Assembly (NCBI GenBank): GCA_041674405.1
Contig: JBAYVT010000004.1
Span: forward strand, 1-32,000
Direction: 5' to 3'
Source: Patescibacteria group bacterium
GTDB taxonomy: Bacteria > Patescibacteriota > UBA1384 > XYA2-FULL-43-10
DNA: 32,000 nt
Positions 18,058 through 23,281 of this stretch are shown piece after piece. Position 1 is the stretch's first letter. Each line of letters starts with the position of its first letter. A program made the position numbers and the translations under genes. The notes beneath the pieces are model-generated. The model worked only from the letters and a program-made list of their open reading frames with translations, was not told the DNA's origin and made no database searches.

Positions 18058-19470
18058 CTATAGACTTCTAATTAATTCTACCGCTTTAGCGATTCGCTTT
18101 AAAGATTCCTCTCTTCCAAGCGCAAACATTAACTCGACGGGCGAGGGTGATTTTTCTTCTCCCGACAAAGCTACGCGAACCGGCCAGAAAACATCACCAT
18201 TGGTCAAATTATTGTCCGAAACAATTGATTCTAACACTCCCTGCAAGCTCTCTGCATCCCATTTACTTTCCGTTTTCAACTTTTCACTTGCCACTTTAAG
18301 CGCGGTAGCTGTTTTCTCTTTATCTGATTTTCTAAAAATTAGAAGAGCTGCCTTGTACTCTGGTTCCTTTCGCAATTTCAAAATATATTCCGCCGCATCT
18401 CTCAAGGTAACATATCCCCCGCGCCCGATAAGCTCGACTTCACCCGGAATGAGTTCTGCTACACCGAAATCTGCCAAATATTTCGAAATTTGATCTGAAT
18501 TTTTGAGATTTGAAATTTGAGATTTGAGATATTGAGAATTTATTGAATTTAATTTCTCAATATTGAATATCGCCGGCGCCTTGTTCACATTCTCGATCTT
18601 AAATTCTTTTTCAAGTTCAGAAAGTGTGAATATTTCCCGCTCGTCTTTGGGGTTCCAGCCCAGAAGCACCATGAAGTTTACCAGCGCCTCCGGTAAATAC
18701 CCTTCACCTTTGTAATCAGCGATACTGGTTGCACCGTGGCGTTTCGATAGTTTCTTTTTATCCGGACCGAGGATCATCGACAGGTGTGCGAATTCCGGCG
18801 CTTTCCAGCCCAACATTTCATACAAAATTAAATGTTTCGGCGTTGATGATAGCCACTCCTCCGCCCTGATCACATGAGAAATTTCCATTTCATGATCGTC
18901 GACAATTGAGGCCAAATGATAAGTCGGGTAGCCATCAGATTTCAAGAGAATCTGATCATCCATAAGCGATAGATCGAATTCAACTTTCCCTCGAATCAGG
19001 TCATTTACAACGACTTTTCCGCTTTGGGGCATCTTCATTCTGATCGTATAGCATCCCTCTTTCATATCTTCGAGCTTGAAATTAGCATCCCTGCAGTATC
19101 CTTCGTACTTGGGCGGGCGTTTCTCCTTGATCTGTTTTTCATGATCTTCGGCAAGCTTCTCCTTCGAACAAGTACATATGTAGGCTTTTCCGGCCCGAAC
19201 AAGATCAAAAGCATGCTTTTTGTAGGTCTCAAGACGCTCGGATTGAATCATAATATTTTTAAGATTGTCAGGCTTGATTCCTAACCACTTCAGAGAATCA
19301 ATAATGCGCTCGGTTGCTCCTTCAACATATCTTTCTCGATCAGTATCTTCAATGCGTAGAAAAAATTCTCCATCCTGACTCTTGGCGAATAGATACTCAA
19401 AAAGAGCTGTTCTTGCAGCACCGATATGCAATTCTCCTGTCGGACTTGGGGCAAATCGAGTTCTTATCAT
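18058..19470 (-). CDS. gltX: glutamate--tRNA ligase
   Basis: RFAPSPTGELHIGAARTALF (HIGH motif), KLSKRHG (KMSKS motif) and GYLPEALVNFMVLLGW, 470 aa. Confidence 0.92.
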   Translation of the reverse strand: MIRTRFAPSPTGELHIGAARTALFEYLFAKSQDGEFFLRIEDTDRERYVEGATERIIDSLKWLGIKPDNLKNIMIQSERLETYKKHAFDLVRAGKAYICTCSKEKLAEDHEKQIKEKRPPKYEGYCRDANFKLEDMKEGCYTIRMKMPQSGKVVVNDLIRGKVEFDLSLMDDQILLKSDGYPTYHLASIVDDHEMEISHVIRAEEWLSSTPKHLILYEMLGWKAPEFAHLSMILGPDKKKLSKRHGATSIADYKGEGYLPEALVNFMVLLGWNPKDEREIFTLSELEKEFKIENVNKAPAIFNIEKLNSINSQYLKSQISNLKNSDQISKYLADFGVAELIPGEVELIGRGGYVTLRDAAEYILKLRKEPEYKAALLIFRKSDKEKTATALKVASEKLKTESKWDAESLQGVLESIVSDNNLTNGDVFWPVRVALSGEEKSPSPVELMFALGREESLKRIAKAVELIRSL

Positions 19471-19497
19471 GCCTTAAGATTACCACAAATGTCTTGC

Positions 19498-19535
19498 CAT
19501 TGCGAGCAGTCCGCCAGCTGGCGGATGACGAAGCA
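19498..19535 (+). repeat. mini-palindrome element CATTGCGAG-CAG-[TCCGCCAGCTGGCGGA]-TGACGAAGCA
   Basis: Shares CATTGCGAG and ATGACGAAGCA with the copy at 23753-23785. It contains a perfect 6-bp/4-nt-loop hairpin TCCGCC-AGCT-GGCGGA at 19510-19525. It sits in the yraN-gltX spacer. Confidence 0.6.
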
Positions 19536-19554
19536 GCTTTTTAGTATTCATCCT

Positions 19555-19582
19555 TGTCAAATTGAAGAATCCAGCAATTTGA
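19555..19582. other. hairpin GTCAAATTG-N10-CAATTTGAC
   Basis: A perfect 9-bp inverted repeat 12 nt downstream of the yraN stop. No U-tract follows on the minus strand, so it is not a canonical terminator. Confidence 0.4.
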
Positions 19583-19593
19583 CGATGTAGAAA

Positions 19594-19962
19594 TCACCCC
19601 TCCACCGCCGAGATCAGATGCTCAATATGGGGCGGCTCAACACTTTTGTCAACTCCGATCACGTCTATCCTGATTGTGCGGCTCGGATACTTCTGCTCGA
19701 GGATTCCGGCCAAATTCCGTAGTTTTTCCTGCTTCGCACGCCTCACCAGGTCTTTAGCCGGACCATATCCTTCCCCCTTCACCGTCTTCACTTCTACAAG
19801 AACAACAACTCCGCCGGCTGGCGGATCGAACGCCAATATATCGATTTCTCCGATCGAAAGTTCAATATTCCTGCCCAATATTTTGTATCCAATAGATTCC
19901 AGATAATCACACGCCGACTGCTCCCCTTCATCCCCGGTTTGTCTTTTCTTCGATTTACTCAT
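19594..19962 (-). CDS. yraN: YraN-family (UPF0102) endonuclease-like protein
   Basis: GDEGEQSACDYLESIGYKILGRNIELSIGEIDILAFD....VLVEVKT matches the YraN pattern (G..gE..A..yL...Gy.il.rN.r...GEiDli......lvFVEVK). The ATG at 19962 overlaps the upstream gene stop by 8 nt. Confidence 0.8.
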   Translation of the reverse strand: MSKSKKRQTGDEGEQSACDYLESIGYKILGRNIELSIGEIDILAFDPPAGGVVVLVEVKTVKGEGYGPAKDLVRRAKQEKLRNLAGILEQKYPSRTIRIDVIGVDKSVEPPHIEHLISAVEG

Positions 19963-20713
19963 ATTTATCTTTCGCAGCTTCCCACAATAGCTCAAATTTT
20001 TGCCTTTCAATTTGCGCGATTGCCGGATTCTCGATCACCGTCGCGAATGGCTCCTTTTCCGAGTGAGCAATGAATACTACTTTATTCGGATAGATCTGCG
20101 TCTCTACGGCCGGATTAAATTGATCTTTCGGCAAGAATCGAGTTCTTCTCATCTCCGCCCGATCATTTCCCAAAGATTTATAATTTTGCTTATCGTCCGG
20201 AAATATCATGCGCAATGAAATTTTTTTCTTAACCCTTTCGGTTACAAAAGCGTCGTTTTCTTCTGGGTTTTGATACCAAAAACCGGGATTTGCTAACACC
20301 AACCTTTCCCCGCCCTCAGGCCCTTGAAGTCCCTGATAATATACCTGTCTTACACCCTCTAATCCTTCATACAATGAAATGATCGGTTTAGATGGCGATT
20401 TGCTAGTTAATGCATCAAAAAGGGGCAGAGAATCTCGAAATTGATTTTTCTTCTGTTCTAAGGCGGTTACCAAATTTTCTGGGCTGACTACCGAATACAT
20501 GGTGTGTGTTAGTTCTGCTGTTCTTGACCCGATTCCCTTATCGATGAATCTGTCAAAAATTTGATAGCATGTTGTGCGTTTGATACAAGATTTACGATAT
20601 ATATTCCACATCGAAGATGGCCCAATCTCACAAGAGGCAAGATACACTCGTGCCTCATTTTCTTCAAATCCAAGTAGTTTTAGTTTTTTTACTAAATTCC
20701 AGTCTGTCGTCAT
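19955..20713 (-). CDS. TrmB-family winged-helix transcriptional regulator
   Basis: N-terminus LLGFEENEARVYLASCEIGPSSMWNIYRKSCIKRTTCYQIFDRFIDKGIG matches the TrmB wHTH pattern (L..lGl...Ea.vYlaLl..G..t...i...s.i.r..vY.vL..L..kG). 252 aa, ATG start. Confidence 0.75.
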   Translation of the reverse strand: MTTDWNLVKKLKLLGFEENEARVYLASCEIGPSSMWNIYRKSCIKRTTCYQIFDRFIDKGIGSRTAELTHTMYSVVSPENLVTALEQKKNQFRDSLPLFDALTSKSPSKPIISLYEGLEGVRQVYYQGLQGPEGGERLVLANPGFWYQNPEENDAFVTERVKKKISLRMIFPDDKQNYKSLGNDRAEMRRTRFLPKDQFNPAVETQIYPNKVVFIAHSEKEPFATVIENPAIAQIERQKFELLWEAAKDKYE

Positions 20714-20723
20714 GTTTTATGAC

Positions 20724-20752
20724 ATTGTACCAGCAGAATAAATTTTAATCAA
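20724..20752 (-). promoter_or_regulatory. putative sigma70-type promoter for the TrmB-like gene: TTGATT-17 nt-TGgTACAAT (extended -10)
   Basis: Read on the minus strand, the -35 box is at 20747-20752 and the -10 box at 20724-20729, preceded by TGg. The -10 ends 10 nt from the ATG at 20713, implying a near-leaderless mRNA. Confidence 0.35.
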
Positions 20753-20810
20753 ATATGATTCTAAATTCGGGATGTCAAAAAATAATAAATCCCAATATAT
20801 GTCGTTAATG

Positions 20811-20839
20811 TTGACAATCAATTATGCTGCTGCTAATTT
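20811..20839 (+). promoter_or_regulatory. putative promoter for the GC-rich plus-strand ORF: TTGACA-17 nt-TAATTT
   Basis: A perfect -35 box at 20811-20816, a 17-nt spacer, and a weak -10 box at 20834-20839, 40 nt upstream of the ATG at 20879. Confidence 0.3.
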
Positions 20840-20878
20840 CTCGACGCGAACCAAGACTGAATCGGGAGGTTGACCAAC

Positions 20879-21364
20879 ATGTCCGACCGTAATCTTCTAT
20901 GTGCCCGAGAGATTCTTGAGAAGATCTATCTTTCACGGTATATCTTTCTCTCTGGTCTTTCAGGGTACGACACCGAAGCACAATCCGCCATTGGCACCTT
21001 CGTGGTGCCTACATCCGAGCAACTTCGCTACACAGCCGAACAACTCGGCTATGTCTCCGCCACCGAGCGCCACTCGTGCGTCAATCAGCTCGCATATTCA
21101 CTCACTGCTCTGCTTGTCCGCGATCATGCCGGGCAATTCGCGTGTTACGATCTCGAGTCATTTCGAGACCTCTCCTCTGGCTTCCAGATGTGGAATACCA
21201 AGGAGCACTTCGAGCACAAGAAAGTGCTTCCCCGAGACACGGAGTTCGAGATTAGCATGCACGTGACGCGATCTCGAATCAGCCCTCACGGGCTGAGCGT
21301 CGTCGAAGTGGAACTCAACAGGGGCGTCGATGGTTATGTCCATTTCGCCGTACAGGTAGATTAG
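20879..21364 (+). CDS. hypothetical protein (161 aa), possibly a hotdog-fold FcoT/AfsA-like thioesterase-type protein
   Basis: SD GGGAGG lies 9 nt upstream of the ATG at 20879. About 55-58% G+C against about 40% in the neighbours. The segment F.VP.S......G..S..E...C.NQ.AY.L.ALLV resembles the central-helix region of FcoT-like hotdog proteins; this is recalled by eye only and is weak. It is the only plus-strand gene besides dnaE. Confidence 0.6.
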   Translation: MSDRNLLCAREILEKIYLSRYIFLSGLSGYDTEAQSAIGTFVVPTSEQLRYTAEQLGYVSATERHSCVNQLAYSLTALLVRDHAGQFACYDLESFRDLSSGFQMWNTKEHFEHKKVLPRDTEFEISMHVTRSRISPHGLSVVEVELNRGVDGYVHFAVQVD

Positions 21365-21377
21365 GAGGTGAGATCAG

Positions 21378-21405
21378 AAAAACGAGCCTTTAGGGGCTCG
21401 TTTTT
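21378..21405. terminator. bidirectional rho-independent terminator
   Basis: AAAAACGAGCC-TTTAGG-GGCTCGTTTTT: an 11-bp stem (6 GC-containing pairs plus an A/T extension) and a 6-nt loop, with A-run and T-run flanks. It lies between the convergent 20879-21364 (+) and rplS (-) genes. Confidence 0.8.
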
Positions 21406-21430
21406 CATATTTAGATCACATTATTTCAAT

Positions 21431-22042
21431 TTACTCAGCTTTGGTCTCTTCGTCTTCGGCTTCGTCAGCCTTTTCCTCTGTGGGTTCGGCAGCACGCTCG
21501 TCTGTGTTTGATCCGGCTTCGACTTCCTCGGCTTCACCATCAGCTTTTCCGCTTCTGGCTGCTAGGGCGCTTTCCGCCTTCTTTGCTAGCTCGGCGTCTT
21601 TCTCCGCTTTCTTCGCAGCATCGGCTTCGGCTTGTTTGGCTTTTTCCGCCTCAATTTTGGCTAGCTCTTCCTCGGCTTCTTTCTCTTCCCACATCTTGTA
21701 CTCGCGGCTTTGTTCTTTCAGGCGGGCATTCTTGCCGGTAAGCTCGCGCATGAAGTAAAGCTTGGCACGACGAACCTTCGAGTGTTTGATTCGCTCTATC
21801 TTGATGATTCTTGGCGAATGAAGCGGGAAAACTCGCTCAACACCGATACCAAAAGACTCCTTGCGGACTGTGAAGGTGCCATCAAGGCCTTTTCCGTGCT
21901 TCACTGCAATAACAAGGCCCTCAAAGATCTGGACACGCTCTTTGGCGCCTTCTTTGACCTTGAGGTGTACTCGAATCGTGTCACCAGAGACAATGTCCGG
22001 AACATTTTTTTTCATCAATTTTTTCTCGATTGTGGTTTGCAT
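21431..22042 (-). CDS. rplS: 50S ribosomal protein L19 with a C-terminal extension of about 93 aa rich in Glu, Lys and Ala
   Basis: Core: [91 protein letters not shown]. The start is taken at the ATG at 22042 (MQTTIEKK); the track start at 22075 is GTG. Confidence 0.9.
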   Translation of the reverse strand: MQTTIEKKLMKKNVPDIVSGDTIRVHLKVKEGAKERVQIFEGLVIAVKHGKGLDGTFTVRKESFGIGVERVFPLHSPRIIKIERIKHSKVRRAKLYFMRELTGKNARLKEQSREYKMWEEKEAEEELAKIEAEKAKQAEADAAKKAEKDAELAKKAESALAARSGKADGEAEEVEAGSNTDERAAEPTEEKADEAEDEETKAE

Positions 22043-22099
22043 TTTACAATTCCGATCTAATTCAGACTTCTGCACTCAAGATTTTGAATTCAGGAGTCC

Positions 22100-22130
22100 G
22101 CTCTCCTCCCGCCAGTGACGGGAGGAGAGC
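22100..22130. other. perfect 12-bp GC-rich hairpin (GCTCTCCTCCCG-N7-CGGGAGGAGAGC)
   Basis: Arms at 22100-22111 and 22119-22130 with a 7-nt loop, 57 nt upstream of the rplS ATG. No U-tract follows on the minus strand. Confidence 0.7.
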
Positions 22131-22283
22131 CGGAGAGGGCGACGAGCCCGGTGGACCTTCGTCCAAACGAGCAAGTCGTGATGCTCCACTCTACCCTGCA
22201 GGAGTCGAGTGGCTTGCTGCACGAGGACAGCGCGCTGACACTAGCCCCTCGTGCAACGAGATGGAGTCTCTCGTGCGAGCGTG

Positions 22284-22628
22284 TTACCTCACCGTCGCCG
22301 AAAACTGGCTCCTCGCTAGGGGCGAGGACTCGAAGTGATAGACGAGGGCCTGCGCCCATCCCGGATCTACGGGAACCCTCGGGCTTAGCAGGATCTCCGG
22401 GGTGCTGATGAGCCGAGGCCCATCTGCCGCGACAATGTGTACTCCTTCGCCAGGCATACGGTAGACAAGCAAGTTCCCGCCCTCGGACCAGGCATAGCCG
22501 CACAGCCCCCTGACGACACTCTGGAGGGTGTGCTGCCCGAGCTTGACCAGCTCACGGACGAGGTCTTCGTACCCCGAACGCATGAGCTGTATCCACTTTG
22601 CCCTACGATTCGAACTTCTCTTAGCCAT
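22284..22628 (-). CDS. hypothetical protein (114 aa), possible RelE/ParE-superfamily toxin-like protein
   Basis: Strong SD GAGGAGGAAGCACG-ATG. The segment SEGGNLLVYRMPGEGVHIVAADGPR resembles the G.Y(R)L.Y.v....v.I..v..R core strands of RelE/ParE/YoeB toxins. About 60% G+C. The C-terminal 40 aa are not family-like. Confidence 0.4.
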   Translation of the reverse strand: MAKRSSNRRAKWIQLMRSGYEDLVRELVKLGQHTLQSVVRGLCGYAWSEGGNLLVYRMPGEGVHIVAADGPRLISTPEILLSPRVPVDPGWAQALVYHFESSPLARSQFSATVR

Positions 22629-22914
22629 CGTGCTTCCTCCTCAATGCGGAATTGGCACTAGGCATCCTGCTGTCAGGTTTATTTGGCGCATGAAGTCCAG
22701 CGCCTCCTCTCGTGTGTGATTGACCCTCTAAAGGGCCTTGCTGCGTTTCTGAAACAACCCCACTCGCACAGAAAGTTCTGCAACCACCTCCCTTGAACAC
22801 TATGAGATTTTCGGCAGGCAGGATTCCCCGATCTATGCCTACCGACAACCATTGCTAAATTGCTGTATTGTTAAATTGCTACCAAAACAATTTAACAGTT
22901 TAACAATGTAACAA

Positions 22915-23199
22915 TTATTTTTTATCTGCCTCTACAGACACAAAAGTTCTTTTGTCTTTATTGCTGTTGAAAGCAACTACTCTTTTCTCTTGAAATTTGA
23001 CCATGCCGTCTTTCAGCGCATAAAGCGTATCGTCGCAGCCAATTCCGACATTTGCTCCGGCATGAAATTTGGAACCGCGCTGGCGGACGATTATGCCTCC
23101 GGCAAGGATTTTCTGGTCACCAAAAACTTTGACGCCAAGTCTTTGCGCTCGTGAATCCCGTCCCAGTCTTGTACTACCAGCAGCCTTCTTATGTGCCAT
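22915..23199 (-). CDS. rpmA: 50S ribosomal protein L27
   Basis: [59 protein letters not shown] lies 7 nt upstream of the ATG at 23199; the longer track ORF start is rejected. Confidence 0.92.
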   Translation of the reverse strand: MAHKKAAGSTRLGRDSRAQRLGVKVFGDQKILAGGIIVRQRGSKFHAGANVGIGCDDTLYALKDGMVKFQEKRVVAFNSNKDKRTFVSVEADKK

Positions 23200-23281
23200 A
23201 TCAATTCCTTCGGAATAATGACTAAATCCAAATGTCAAATTTCAAATTTGGGAATTAAACCATTTTGTTTGTCATTTGAAA

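Noticed and set aside
20901-21343. ORFs 20901-21266 + and 21158-21343 - overlapping the hotdog-like gene
   Set aside because: They are alternative-frame or antisense readings of a GC-rich CDS. The 20879 frame has the SD and a globular-looking sequence, whereas these are P/S/R-rich.
21441-22118. Plus-strand ORFs antisense to rplS (21441-21758, 21508-21741, 21710-22060, 21861-22118)
   Set aside because: They are the opposite strand of an unambiguous L19 gene. The S/A/F-rich sequences mirror the E/K/A-rich tail.
22030-22848. Overlapping ORFs 22030-22338 +, 22115-22408 +, 22090-22503 -, 22437-22661 +, 22528-22719 + and 22621-22848 - (the last could be imagined as an antitoxin because it overlaps the RelE-like start by 8 nt)
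   Set aside because: Their R/S/G/P-rich composition has no secondary-structure-like periodicity. They use TTG/GTG or unsupported starts and mutually overlap in all frames, as expected for 60% G+C non-coding sequence. The 75-aa upstream ORF has no RHH, HTH or other antitoxin-like features.
22871-22898. AT-rich hairpin GTTAAATTG-N9-CAATTTAAC after rpmA as a terminator
   Set aside because: The stem is all A/T apart from two G:C pairs, and no U-tract follows on the minus strand. It is probably not an intrinsic terminator and was left unannotated.
22076-22914. RNase P RNA, tmRNA, SRP RNA or tRNA identity for the GC-rich block
   Set aside because: I looked for GGAAAGTCC, ACAGAANNCGGCTTA, a GGTTCGAATCC T-arm with a CCA end, and the SRP GGAA/AGCA motifs. 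I found only partial matches (GAAGTCC at 22692-22698, CGGGCTTA at 22380-22387, TTCGAAT at about 22609). They are in the wrong order or orientation and lack the flanking helices.
14808-23238. Longer N-terminal extensions given in the ORF track for 14808-15359, 17749-18045, 19594-20010, 21431-22075 and 22915-23238
   Set aside because: In most cases the track starts are TTG/GTG codons lying in or next to the SD of an internal ATG. Those SD sites include GGAAGGAGG for 15335, GGAGG for 18033 and AAGGA for 23199. For 19594-20010 and 21431-22075 the track starts instead add non-homologous residues ahead of the conserved N-termini of YraN and L19. The internal ATG starts were used instead.
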